A stretch of DNA of 64,000 nt from Epiperipatus broadwayi (GCA_028023455.1 JAQFVV010000005.1:1364001-1428000), one strand, 5' to 3'. Shown: positions 50,880 through 63,853, counted from the first letter of the stretch. The notes: a model not told the origin generated them from the letters alone. Translations and numbers: made by a program.

Positions 50880-53800
50880 TGGATAGAAATTTATCACGTG
50901 CAGGCTTCTTGGGAATTCTTGATGGTACTGCAGCATCACTTAGTGGCCACAGTACTCCTAACCAACTACTACTGAGGGAGTTATATAGTAAAGATGGATT
51001 GCACTTAGTAAAACAGGGAAGTGAAGTTTTAGGGAGTTTGATGTATAAAGAATATAGTTTGGGTATAGAGGGGTAGAGATTTAAATTGCAGTGTTGTCAG
51101 AAAATAGAAGAATGGACAGGATGTAAAAAATAAACAAAGGGTAGCTAGGAAATGGAAAAACAAGTTATTTATAAATGTAATGAAGAAGAAAGAGTCAAAA
51201 AATTTATAAAAGAATAGTTAGGAAAGAAGAAATTGATAAAATTGGATATTTGAATATTCAAGGTGGTAGAAAACCAGAAAATTGGCTTGACAAAGCAATT
51301 AAAAATGAAGAGCTTGAGATATTAATAGTAGAGGAAACACATCTAAGAGTGGAAGAAGGACTTATACCGGAAGACTTGATATGGCAGGGTATAAATAGAA
51401 AAAAAAGGTGGTGGTATAGGAGTTATGTCAAAAAATATTTAAATACTGTTAAATGTCAAGAACACTTGTGATTTGAGATAAGATTAGAAAGAGAAGAATC
51501 GATAGTGTATATATCTACTGGAGATAGTCAAACTATAATAAAGTGAAACAATAGCATGTATAAATACCTAGTTAAAATATATAGAGTTATAAAAAGGGTA
51601 AGAGAATAATGGTTATAGAAGATATGAATAGGCATATTAAATAAATTGATAGTGTAGATAACAAGAATGGACAGCTTTTGAAGAATTTTTGTCAGAGAGT
51701 AAATTTGAGCATTGGAAATTTATCAAATATTTATGAGAGACAATATACATGGTCTAGAAATAATATATTTCACACAATAAATTATGTATTAGTAGGGAAA
51801 GAGGGAATAAATAAAGTATGGAAAATTAAAGTGTTTGATAATGAAGAGAGAGTATGTAATGGTGATCATAATTTCTTTATAATAAAAATGGCTAGAAATG
51901 TGTAGAAAATAGTAATGAAAGTAGAAAAGATAGTGAAAGATGTGGATGGAGAATGAATGATAGAATATAGAATAAAAGTTGAAGAAATCATGGAAGAGTT
52001 GGTTAGTGTGGTGAAATAGAAAAATTGGCAAATAGGATTTTAGGTGAGAATATTCAGAAGAATAAAAGTAATAGTGAAGTGAAAGTTATTAAAAGTGTAA
52101 AAGAGAGAAAAAAAGCATGCAGAGAATATAAGTGTGCTATGAAGAACAAAGAAAGTGAATAAGATGTTAATGTTAAATGGGGAAAATATTAAAAAAAAAG
52201 AGTTGGCCAAAATAGATAATTATAGAAAGAGAATGAAATTAAATAGTAAATTGTTGGAGGACATTAATAAAAGTGGAAGAGATGGGAGTAAAAATTTTTG
52301 GAAATGCATTAAAAGAAAGAATATAAGGGAAAGACTAATAGTATTATTAGATGTTAAGGAAATAAAGTGCAGCTCTAGAGAAGAATTAGAGACAATCTTA
52401 AATAAGTATGTAATGAATATAAAAAAGATGTTAGATGTGAAGGACAGAGTGATATTTTACATAAAAGCATATAAATAAATCATTTTATTTTTATATAGTG
52501 CGATGCTTATAAACTGTAATATTTAAACAGCATTAAGCTGTTGCACATGCGCTTTGAAGATTAAATATTACAGTTTATAAACATCGCGCTATATAAAAAT
52601 AAAATGATTTATTTACATACATTTAATTTCAAATAAGAATAACGTATCGTAAATTCTAGTAAATTTCATTAGCGTCTTTCATTCAAGCATGTAATAGTAA
52701 TTTAAAGTGATTATTTAATATCTTCACGTTTTCACTTTCAAACACTTAAGATTTGCCCATACAAAAGTGTTTGGGTTCGAAAAGATAGATGGCCATTCTA
52801 TCTTTTCCAAAGACTTTATCATGTGTTTGAAGTGTTAGTATTCATTCATTTATAGTTAAAATCTTCAAAGCGCATTTGCAACAGCTTAATAAAAGCATAT
52901 AGTAATGGAAATATTAGGTTTACAAAAAATGATGGAAATATTAGGTTTACAAAAAATGAACTGAATAAGGCAGGGAAGAAATTGAAAAGTAAAAAGGCAC
53001 AAGGTTTAGATGGATGGGCAGCAGAGATGCTAATGAATTTAGGATATAGGGCAAAATTAAACTATTATCATGTTTTAATAAGATGACACAGAAGAGAGAT
53101 TTTCCGGAAAGTTGGAGTAATATAAGAGTATGGTTACTATTTAAAGGAAAGGGCTTAGATCATTGAAAGTTAAGTAATAATAGACCAATAGTGGTAATGT
53201 CAGTGTTATATAAAGTTTCACATATATGGTGACTGAAGGGGTCACAAAATGGATGGAAGAAAATAATATAGGAGAAATGCAAAGAGGTTTTCAATCGGAT
53301 AAGCATATAGGAAATAGTTTATTTGTAGTTACACAACTAATGGATATAAATACAAATACAGGTAGACAGTTATATATGGTTTTTATAGATATAGAAAATG
53401 CATATGTTAAAGTAAATAGAAATAGATTATGGCTAAGTTCAGAAATTTGGGAATAGGTGGAGAAAAGATTGTATGAAAATAACTACTATACATATCAATC
53501 AGGGAATATAGAATGAGTTAAAGTTAAAAATGGGGGAGGGGATAAGGCAAGCATGCCCTGTAACACCTATTTTGTTTTTGTTGTATTTGAGAGAAATGGA
53601 GAAAGCAATAGAACAATTAGGAAGAGGGATAGAGATACCATTAATAGGTGGCAAGGAAGTATATACATTATTGGGTCTTGTGCACAAAAAGAAGAGAAGA
53701 TATGGAAGTTATGCTGAGGACATGTGCAAGAGTTGATAAAGAAATGGGGATTAAATTTAGTGAAAAAAACCCCAAAAGTAATGATGATTAATACTGGGGA

Positions 53801-54985
53801 AAGAGAAGACAAAGAATTTTTATTGGGGGATATAAATTTAGGTGTTGTGAATAGGTATAACTATTTGGGAATCATCTTAAATAATCAGAGAAATTGCTTG
53901 GGATAAATGGGATACAAAAGAAAAGAAAGGGACAGATAAAGAAATTAACAGTGTTTTCATATAATAAATATGATGTAGCTAGAATTGTATGGTAATGGCA
54001 ATAACAGGGCTAACATATGGTAATGATGTGTTATGTGTTAGTAAAGTGATGTTATATTACTTAGAAAAAGTACAAAGAGAAGTAGGAAGTCATGCATTAG
54101 ATGCAGATGTGTGAACAGCAAAGGAGGAAATTTAAGGAGAAATGGGATAGTCAAGTTTTTATATGAGAGATGAAAAAAGCAAAATGAAAATATTTAGTAG
54201 ATTGCATTTTATGGATAATAAGAGAATAGCTGAAATAGCATTTAATTAGGTTATGAGTAAAGTGGGTGAGAAAGGTAATACAGTATGCAGAAAATTTGCA
54301 TAAAAAATTTATGTCAGTATACTTATACAAAAGATGGGATGAGTATGTTAGAAAAATTGTTGAGTGTAATAGTGGCAAGGAATGTGATAGAAGAATAGAT
54401 GCATTAATAAAGAATAGAGAATTGAAGAAATGAAGAACTAATATGGAGAGTAAAAAGAATTTAAATATATATATAGAAGTAGACAGAATATTGGGCGCGA
54501 GTTAATTTATGATAATAGCCAAGAAAAGTAGTTTACTGTTTAAAGCTCAAATTGGATCTTTAGCAACAAGGGAAATACACACATAAATGGGAAAATGTGG
54601 GTGATTTAGTCAGCAAGTTGTGTAAGGAAGACATAGAAAGTATTAGGCATCTGTTAATTGAATATAAATGCCTGAAAGCTGAAAGAATACAAATAATGAA
54701 GTTGTGGGAGAAAAAATATAAACAAAGCGATTATACAAAAAGTGGGTTTTTTATTTTTATGCTGGGTTTGGAAAAAGATAAAGGGGATTTAAATGTAAAG
54801 GCCATGAATTTGACAAAGATTATGTTGTGGAAATGGGATGGAGCAGGATAGAGAAGAATATGAGAAAAACTGGGTGGAGAATGAAAAGGGAAGATAAAGT
54901 GGCTAATAGGTTTTTCTGGGCATAATAACTGAGAGAATCCTGATTCTGAAATAGGAGTAAGTCACAGTTCATCTCATCATCATCA
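50880..54985 (+). mobile_element. Near-full-length decayed LINE, RTEX-like (SGNH esterase ORF1 remnant; APE-RT-CCHC ORF2)
   Basis: LYSKDGLHL (about 50985); APE motifs LNIQG..EETHL (51250), DMNRH, YTW...NYVLV and GDHN; RT motifs KAQGLDG, RPIVVMSVLYK, QRGF, FIDIENAY and GIRQACPVTPILF; C-terminal KLCKEDIESIRHLLIE; (TCA)n-like tail near 54975. Confidence 0.85.
52474..52888. mobile_element. 415-bp insertion with internal inversion and perfect 13-bp TSD, inside the LINE
   Basis: ataaaagcatata at 52461-52473 and 52889-52901. Internal A-B-A'-C'-B' layout (A 52474-52526, B 52527-52560, A' 52561-52614, B' 52862-52888). Confidence 0.8.
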
Positions 54986-54986
54986 T

Positions 54987-55810
54987 AGAAAAAGTACAAA
55001 GAGAAGAAGAAAGATATGCATTAGATGCAGATGTATGGATAGCAAAGGAGGCAACTCAAGGAGAAATGAGATGGTCAAGTTTTTATATGAGAAATGCAAA
55101 AAAAAACAAAAAACAAATATGAAAATGTTTACTATATTGCAGTTTATGTAATAGCCAAAATAATATTCAATTGGGTCATGAGTAAAGGGCAGACAACAAG
55201 ATGGGTGACGAAGGCAGTATGGTATGCAGAAGATTTGAATAAAGAATTTATCTTAGTATACTTATATAAAAGGTGGGATGATTGTGTTAGGAGAATTGTT
55301 GAGTGTTATGTTGGCAAGGAATGGGATAAAATAATAGATGCATTAATAAAGAATAGGGAGTTGGAGAAATGAAGAACTAGTATGGACAATAAAAAGAGTT
55401 TAAATATATAGAGAAGAAAAAAGAGTATTGGGTACAGGTTTATTTATGATAATAGCAAGGAAAGTAGTTTATTGTTTAAGGCTTGAACAGGATCTTTAGC
55501 AACAAGGGAAATTATACATAAATGGAAAAATGTGGGTGATTTAGTCTGCAAGTTGTGTAAGAAAGGCATAGAAAATATTAGGCGTTAATTATGCTTACAA
55601 GCAGAAAGGGTACAAAAAATTAAGTTGTGAAAGAATAAATAGAAATAAAGTGATTATACAGAAAGTAGTTTCTTAGTTTTTATACTGGGTTTGGAAAAAG
55701 ATAAGAGGGTTTAAATACAAAGGCCATGGAGTTGACAAAGATTATGTTGTGAAAATGGGATGGAGCAGGATAAAGAAGAATATTGGAAAAACATAGAGTG
55801 GGGAATGAAA
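54987..55810 (+). mobile_element. Second, tandem RTEX-like 3' fragment
   Basis: Restarts at tagaaaaagtacaaagagaag (same as 54062) and repeats the ORF2 C-terminus including VCKLCK. Confidence 0.85.
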
Positions 55811-55975
55811 AGGGAAGGTAAGATGCTACAGTATTCATAAATTCATTATATGTCCTATCAAGACATCACGTGACTTTTCTTTTCTTGTATTAACCCAACT
55901 TTAATGAAAGTAATTTTCTTTGTTTACCACTCCTGGATGATTTAGCTTTGTGGTACAACAATATATGTAAGGGCT

Positions 55976-56060
55976 AAAACAGGTAAAACTCTCCATACAG
56001 TAGTGCCACTCAGTGACTTTCACTGATTGGCATTACTGTATGGAGGGTTTTGCCTGTTTT
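55976..56060. mobile_element. Internally deleted mini-copy of the 46984 MITE (85-bp hairpin)
   Basis: aaaacaggtaaaactctccatacagtagtgcca ... tggcattactgtatggagggttttgcctgtttt. Confidence 0.75.
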
Positions 56061-56744
56061 AATAACAGTTATGATCAAGCATAAAAAATGATGATCATGT
56101 GATATCTAAGGGTTATTGATTTCTGAATTCAAACTCAATTTTTGTCACTTCTGCTACTCAGATATTCCATGATGTCTTGATCAACTAATCATTTAATTGT
56201 CATTCTAATTTAGATATAGCTATCATAATCTTGATTTATCAATGGATACTAGATAATACTACTACTGTGTTTATACTTACAGATTTGTTTGGAGAGTTTG
56301 TAACTTTCATTAGTGAGAAGTTTTGAATATAAGTCTCTCTGAAAATAAGACTATAAGTTGAAAACAAGTCTAACTGGTATCAAGTGCTGCAATATATGAT
56401 TCTAGAGTAAATATAATGAATTATTGTTCCTAAAAGCAAATAGATGTTATGACTGCAGTTCTTTTGTACTCTATTCTGTTAGAATTAAGATATTAGAATT
56501 AGTAACTACCACTGCTGTAAATAGCTAACCCATGTCCTTCTCTTATTGTTTTGTGTTGTAAGGTTTAATGCAGTTGTAGATTGAAACGATAAAAGTATCT
56601 GAATCAATTTTTTAATCAAAATGATAACACTAAGTTTGGAAAATTAAGTAGAATTGTGCACCTAAGCTAATACTTTGATGTTTGGATATCACATAACATG
56701 CTAAGTAATAGATCACATGATTATTTTTTATTATTGGTTTAATT

Positions 56745-57375
56745 AATTAAAGTGAAAGGCTGTAACCTTCTCACATGCACATTTTAGAATGCTTATATGA
56801 CAGCCAATCATTGTAATGATGACTGTATAGGGAGCTCTCAAATTGCAACACAAGAGAGAGATTTTATATAAAAAAGGTGGTTCCACCGTCTTTACTTAAA
56901 ATTTTTATATATATAAGCCAGTCTGAAGCATTTTGCTTAAGAGCATGAAGCTTTTAAACAACTTCACATTTAACTCTCTGCAAATAAATTCTAAATCAAC
57001 AATGCAAAATCTTTCAATTTATAATAAAGTAATTTTTTCAGAACTTATGAAATTAACAGTAACATGTGTAAATATTATTTATTAAGTGCAAGCAGTTTGT
57101 AATTAAAGTGAAAGGCTGAAACCTTCTTGTATGCACATTTTAGAATGCTTATATGACAGCCAATCAGATGCAATGACTGTATAGTAAAAAAAAAACAAAA
57201 GAAGGTAGAACCATCTTTTTCTTATAAAATCTGTCTTGTGTTGTGACTCGAGAGCCCCCTATACAGTCATCATTGCATCTGATTGGCTATCATATAAGCA
57301 TTTTAAAATGCACATGCAAGAAGGTTTCAACCTTTCACTTTAATTATGAACTGCTTGCGCTTAATAAATATTATT
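56745..57375. repeat. Foldback element with arms of about 115 bp (57070-57372) plus an upstream direct copy of one arm (56745-56890)
   Basis: attaaagtgaaaggctg...cacattttagaatgcttatatgacagccaatc occurs twice forward and once reverse-complemented. Confidence 0.8.
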
Positions 57376-58158
57376 GGTTTAAGTAAATATTTGATAATTT
57401 TATCTTTGAAACACTTTCAGTATAACTTTTTTTAAGTGTTCAGTAAAAAATTCAATTAAATCACTTGAAAGATTATGTAATGTTCAGCAACAATGAGCTT
57501 TGATCCAAATGTCCTTAGATATTAAGTTTGTCATTGTATATTGCCCTAAATCAGATAGGATAAACATGCTGGTGCTTTGATACTTGAACCTCTCTAGAGG
57601 TATGATCAATGCAAATTTAGATGGTATGTGTCTTCCAAAAATGGCTGAAACAATTTTTTACTTAATTTTTCTTCCTTACAAAGTTAATATAATCTATTCT
57701 CTAACTAGATCTCCAATATCTTTCTTATCATCATTAATAAACAGCATTTGAAATACTTCTTTCCTTCTGTTAGAATCAACATCTTTCTAATCATTATTCT
57801 TCACTTTCTAAGGTACACATTGTCTTCAATGCTACATTGAGAAAATATAAGTCTCCATTTCCCAACAAACATGGGAAAATTCAATGTAGATAATATTTAC
57901 CATTTAAAAGTACAACTCCATTTAAATGCACTCTTTTGATTACATTATTTAGGATAAATAATAATGATTATTCCCTAATCATTTTTACAAGGCACGTTTT
58001 GCCAGAAATATATCCTGGGAACCATTTGCTTTCAATATATGTCCTTTTCCATATGGTTAAGAATGTGTTGAATTTTTTTAAGTTTCATCATGTATTGTAA
58101 ATGTGGAGACTATTCTCATTCACCTGTGGATATTTATGTAGCTACTTGGGAGTTTGCT

Positions 58159-58371
58159 ATTCTTCTCATCTCCACTGTGATATTAGAATGTTTAACTATA
58201 CAATTCTTTCAATATATTAATACTACTCTCTATAAGATAATATTTTAAATTAGATATTACAATTTATTCTTCTCATCTCCACTATGATATTAGAATGTTT
58301 AACTATACAATTCTTTCAATATATTAATACTACTCTCTATAAGATAATATTTTAAATTAGATATTACAATT
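58159..58371. repeat. Near-perfect 107-bp tandem duplication
   Basis: attcttctcatctccact(g/a)tgatattagaatg...gatattacaatt at 58159 and 58266. Confidence 0.9.
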
Positions 58372-58519
58372 ATCCTATTATTTTAAATTTTTTTTTTAGA
58401 TATGGTAAGTTATATATTTGTGTATTATATCCAACTTTGAAAGAAAGAAAAATTAATTATTAGATTTAAACATTTATCTTTTACAATTTAATGAAATTAG
58501 ATATGTGCTTGGGGGTGGG

Positions 58520-59030
58520 GGGCAAGTTAAGAAAAGCTTGTAAATTATTTACTGGGAAATTAGATGTACAAACTCCCTCAGGGTGGGATTTTTTAAATAT
58601 ATACTTAATGTAATCTGCTAAGCATGCTTTCAATATCTTGTGTAAGCAATATCATAATCATAGCGATGTATTTGTGAAGTAGATTTCACAGATGCATCAC
58701 TAAGATTATGATATCGCTTACAAGTTATTGAAAGCATGCTTAACAAATTACATTTTAAGTGTATACATATATAAAACAAATCGTACTCTGAGGGAGTTCA
58801 TCATAATTATAGCGATGTGTCTGTGAAGTCTAGACTTTGCAGATGCATTTCCCAGTAAACAATTTTCTAGTTTTTCTTAACTTGCGCCTTCAAGTGTATA
58901 TATATAAAACAAATCTTACTCTGAGGGAGTTCATCATAATTATAGCGATGTGTCTGTGAAGTCTAGACTTTGCAGATGCATTTCCCAGTAAACAATTTTC
59001 TAGTTTTTCTTAACTTGCGCCTTTAAGTGT
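58520..59030. repeat. Foldback (58564-58798) followed by a tandem duplication of about 133 bp of a deletion derivative
   Basis: Arms aactccctcag...aagcatgctttcaat and attgaaagcatgctt...ctgagggagtt; gagggagttcatcataattatagcgatg... repeated at 58790 and 58923. Confidence 0.8.
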
Positions 59031-59072
59031 TTATATCTAATTATAAGTAAGGAAAGTTTAAAAACTCATATA

Positions 59073-59156
59073 TAGCCAAGAGGTCATCGCAGCCGCCTTG
59101 CAAGCAAGTATTGGTTGCAGACGGTGTGGGTTCGCGTCCCGGCCGATGCTATGACA
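59073..59156 (+). mobile_element. tRNA-Gly-derived mini-SINE
   Basis: ccaagaggtcatcgcagccgccttgcaagc...gggttcgcgtcccggccgatgctatgaca then A-run; same 3' end as the 26208 copy. Confidence 0.75.
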
Positions 59157-59330
59157 TATGAAAAAATCTATAATTTGATATATTAATATATAGTACTATA
59201 AAGTTAAATATGTAGAAAACAACTTGCCATTAAGAAGTTTTACCAGTATGTTTTTTTTTTTGTTGATAAAAATATTTTTAAAAAGAAAGGCAAATTTTGT
59301 AATCATTTGGAGTAATTAAAAATAAAAAAT

Positions 59331-59397
59331 TGTTGGCCTAGTGGTTAGCATAGCTGCCTTCCAAGAAGTTGGCTCGGATTCGCTTCCCGGTAACGCA
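59331..59397 (+). pseudogene. tRNA-Gly(TCC) pseudogene
   Basis: tagtggttagcatagctgccttccaagaagttggctcggattcgcttcccggtaacgca follows canonical Gly-TCC, but with deletions in the 5' acceptor/D region and mismatches in the anticodon and T stems. Confidence 0.7.
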
Positions 59398-59804
59398 TTT
59401 GACATATTTATAAAAATTGTTTCAGATTCATCAAACAAAAAAAAGCATATATCGATCAAAAAACAAACTATAACCTCCAGCATTTTCCAAACAACTTTAA
59501 TTTTAATTTTGAAGTTTTATTTAAAATTAGTATTTATTTATTTTAAAAAATTTAAAATTATTTTAAAATAAAACAATTTCAAAATAAAAAGTTTAAATAC
59601 TTATTAAAATATATATATATTTAAAAAATGTAGTAATTAAAAAAAATTTCAATTGAAAAAAAAAAGTTTTACAACTTAAAAGTTCAATTTTGTAATTAAC
59701 ATTTGTAAAAAAAGTTTTAAATTCAAAATTCTAGCATTAAAAACAACATATAAAAAAAAAATGGAAAAGTTACTTAAAAAAAAAACAAACACGCTTTTAG
59801 TCTT

Positions 59805-60032
59805 GCTACGTCACGTGACCCATTTTTAAATGTAAATTTTTTCTTGTTGCAAGCAGCAAAAAATAATTCTGTTGTTTATTTGTAAATGCAATTTCTGTTT
59901 CAGATAGATAGATACCGAAAGTTTCATTCTATTGATAAATTTTAAAATTAACGCCTAACTTGTTAAATGAACTTTGACCTCCATATGCAGCAGGTAATAT
60001 TTTATTTTGAGAAATTTCGTTAACGGAAGTAA
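59805..60032. promoter_or_regulatory. Promoter-like motif cluster
   Basis: Palindromic GTCACGTGAC (USF/CLEAR-type E-box) at 59810-59819 overlapping TACGTCA, ETS-type ACGGAAGT at 60023-60030 and a CAG/GTAATA donor at 59993/59994. Confidence 0.4.
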
Positions 60033-62199
60033 ACAAAATAAATCAGATTTTTTTAAAATTAATAACTGAATAAAAATGAAAGTTTTCTATGAGAGGCTCT
60101 CACAGACAAATAGTAAAAGAGTACAATTTGCTTGACTTCAAATTCCAAGTTATAGGATTGACAAGTAAACATGTTGCTTTTGCACTATCTGGTTTTTATA
60201 TTCAGTGAAAATATACCTAAGAGCCTTAGTAGTTGATAAATTTATCAGCTATGTGCATAACTTAGGATTCAAATCTAGGTGGAGCTTGTAATTTTTAAGG
60301 TAGTTTAGATTTATTGTTCAGTAATCGAGGATGTGGTTATTTTTAGCAAGTGTTAAACAAGGGTTGAAAATTGTTCGTCATTTCACAATTAGAAAGCCAG
60401 ATAAAAAGTATTTTATTTTCTTTATTTCTCTATGGGGTTTATTGAATGGACTTTTGACCAGAAAATTATTTAAAGAGTTTTTTTATTTTGCTCATTTACT
60501 ATAATTATTGAAATTTTTTTTTTTAAAAAAAAAGCTATAGAGGAAGTTTAAGAAGATCTCAAAATAAAATACTATAGTAACTAAATGGTGACGCGGCATG
60601 TTTTATATGTGTAATATATGTTTTGATTCACAAATTTGTTTATATAGACATCGCTAAATTTTTCTCTAATGTATTATTATTTTGTCTTTATGTATATTTT
60701 TCTTCTTTATATTGGAATGTCATAATCGTTTACAATGCCGCTACTTGTTTATTCTACATATATAAGAGTGTAATAAACAGTTATTTATTTATATTTCGCA
60801 CAATTGATTTTTTCACTCGAGAATTGAGTGAAATTTATCTATTTTAATCATTACGCTATGTTATTATTATTAACCCGTACATATGCATACTATATATATA
60901 GTTGTATAGTACGTGTATATGTCTCTACGTGCTTTTATGCATATAAGATATCTATACAAACACATGTGGTTTTATATATATCTTCATATTATATTTATAG
61001 ATTCTAAACCAACTTCTCTTTTTATAATTTACATAGGTTATAGAAATTATATTTCAAACCTGCTATTGCACTTTTCGTTAGCATATCTTTTACCTCCGAA
61101 TTCAGGCGTGATGTGAATTCATCACTTGAATTTTTGTCACACTAAGGCGATGAATTCTGATTTTCTTTTCTCCGTGCTTCCTACCGAGATCATAAAAATA
61201 AATCACGAAGGTAAAGTTTTCATTATATAATGGATTCATATATATATTGGCCATTAAAAAAGCATTTACATTTTTTTGATTGATTAATATGAATAAGAAC
61301 AGCATTTTTTGAGGGAAATCTTTTTAAAGTGATGGAATAGTGATTAATGAGACTTTTATCGTATAAGAGCTACGCCATTCTGATTTTGAAAAATGAAAAA
61401 TCGTTGCCGGAGACTTCGTTAGGTTTTATATAGTTAAAACATTATCGTTTTTAATGTTTTGCAATTATTTTTATAAATATTTTTTTTATTTAATCCCACT
61501 TCCCGTAATGCAGTTTTTAAGGTAAATGCCCATATATAATGCAAATATATGTAAGATTTAATTGAGTATCGATAAAATTATAAAGTTATGAAATATATAC
61601 AAATTCTTTGCTGAAGACTTATCCAATAATAAGGGTCAAACAGACACATAATAACAGACTATGATTGTTCATCTCTGCTTCCCGCCTCGTAATCTCGTAG
61701 TCTTTCTTTCTCACAAGCAGTTGAATTTAATTTAAAGTGTATATCTAACAAAATAATTTCAGATCTAATAAAAATGATTAATTATCACTTATTGTAAGTA
61801 TGTTTGAAGATAAAATATTTGTGATAGTGGAAGTCAAATGCACATAGAGTTAGGATGTGTGACATTTGAGAAGTTATAGAAACCTTGGCCTAATCAAAAA
61901 GGTTTCACTAGTCAAAATGCATATTAGGAACTATTAACATGCAATTCCCAAGATCTACATTTTGTTTCTGAAATATAAGCTTAGTGAATATTTTAAAAAT
62001 ATACATAGTATGTACATCATCACAAACATTTTCAACCATTATCACTTCATCGCAGGATAAAAGTTGCTCCAAATTTAATCCCGTTTTTTTAATCCATAGC
62101 TTTCTTTTTCCAAACTATTTCAGCAAAGTTTATTTCATTTAATCATCTTATATATGATTTATCTGTAGATCTTTTCAACAATCTCTTGAGATTTAGTTT

Positions 62200-62620
62200 A
62201 AAGATTTAGTTACGAACATAATGAGTCCAATTCCATTTTGGTTTTTTTAGTTTTTTTCAATGAAGTCAGTGAAATATATTATTATCAATATAGATGACAC
62301 TTTTTTGATTTCTCTTTTTAATATCTATTTTACAATGTGGCTTGAAGTCTGTATTTTTATCAAATGTCCATATATCCATCCATTGACAGTAAATGTTTAT
62401 AGAAGATTCAGAAATATTTTAAAGCTTAAGAAATAGTATAGGCATGTACTTTTGTTGTCAATTCAAATGAAACACATAGTGTAAAGATATTTGACTAAGT
62501 GAATTAAAGAGATTTATTGTAATGCTTAAAAATAGCAATTGTCCACAAAAATTTATTTACATTATGTTATAATCACAAGATGATATGAGGAACATTGTTA
62601 CCCCGCCGTGTAAAATCAGA
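62200..62620 (+). mobile_element. Penelope-like RT/thumb remnant
   Basis: IDDTFLI (about 62290), NVYRR (about 62395) and MLKNSNCPQKFI (about 62525), matching PLE YVDDTF, VYRK and LxxNGYPxxFI. Confidence 0.5.
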
Positions 62621-63174
62621 TGTATTTGAAACTTGAGTTGGAATTTTAATTTGAACTAATTAAAAGCAAAACAAAAACATCTGCTTGGATTTAGTTTTAC
62701 AGTATGTTTATGAATAATAATGATTCCAACACAATTGAAATAAAATAATTGTATAAAAATAAATATTTTCTTTATTATTAAACTGTTTTTCACCCTATAT
62801 TAGAGCCTTTTCAAAATACACTTTTCTAATACAATCACATGGCCCTTATATCTGTCAATACTCCCTCTAACAACAACATTATGAACATGTTTATGTTTGA
62901 CCATTGTTAAAGAATATGTTTATGACTATGTTATTTTTATCAGAATGATTTTAATTTTTGGCCCCATCTTGTAAATAACTTTGGTTTAATAGGTAATTAA
63001 TGATTATAAAAAAATTTAACTGCTTTATTGGGCAGTGATGGAAAATTTTTTTCAAAAGCTTTTGTTTAAATGGTTGACATCTTCAGAATATAAATCTACT
63101 TAAATATCTCAGTAGAATTTGTTTAGGTAAAAGGTTAGTTGATGTGTAGGAAAAAATCCATGATTCTGCTGGTT

Positions 63175-63263
63175 AACAGTTCTTTCATATACACTTCAAT
63201 GCAAACAAATTTTCTTAAAACCTTTTTTTTTGTTTGCATTGAAGTGTAAATGAAAGAACTGTT
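63175..63263. repeat. Near-perfect hairpin with 35-bp arms
   Basis: aacagttctttcat(a)tacacttcaatgcaaacaaa and tttgtttgcattgaagtgta(a)atgaaagaactgtt. Confidence 0.85.
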
Positions 63264-63280
63264 ATAAACAATATATGTAT

Positions 63281-63853
63281 TGTAACCGGACCCTTACTCA
63301 TCCGATCATATAGGGATTGAGAGCTCCGAAACAAACATGATATAGCGTAAAGCTTTATTTATTTTCCTACATCGATAGTTGTTCATTATCAACACAAAGG
63401 GGCGCCAGACACGATGATTTAATTTACAATTTAATTTCTCGCATCACCTTACGTCATATCAAAACGATTTCGAAGTCTAATTCCCGCCCATAAGCTCCAA
63501 CTCCCAGCATGGACCAATAAGGGTCACTCAGGGTCGCGATGAAATTGTTTCAAGAATATCATTCTGGTAAAAGAACACAATAATAACCAATGGAGAGAAA
63601 GCTTGGTTGATTTACAGATCTGTCCAAATATTGGACCGGGTTATTGGTTATTTGGCGACTAATACGAATGCTTAACTCATGCATCCTTATATAAAAATTA
63701 GAAGCTTATAATATCATCCCCCCGTTATCATACAGTCCAATAGAATTACTCATACTAGCTTTATTGACATTATTTATACTTATTAATAATGGACCCTCCC
63801 AACTCTTAAATCTATCTTAACTACATAGTAAATAAACATCGTGACTTACGGCA
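63281..63853 (-). mobile_element. Candidate solo LTR (young, CpG-rich)
   Basis: Starts TGTAACCGG and can end ...CGGCA. GC and CpG content are sharply higher than the flanks, and a minus-strand AATAAA lies about 75 bp from the left end. No TSD found. Confidence 0.4.

Noticed and set aside
61605-61650. ctgaagacttatccaataataagggtcaaacagac, HHR-like
   Set aside because: Needs several indels and substitutions to restore the core, and stem I is absent.
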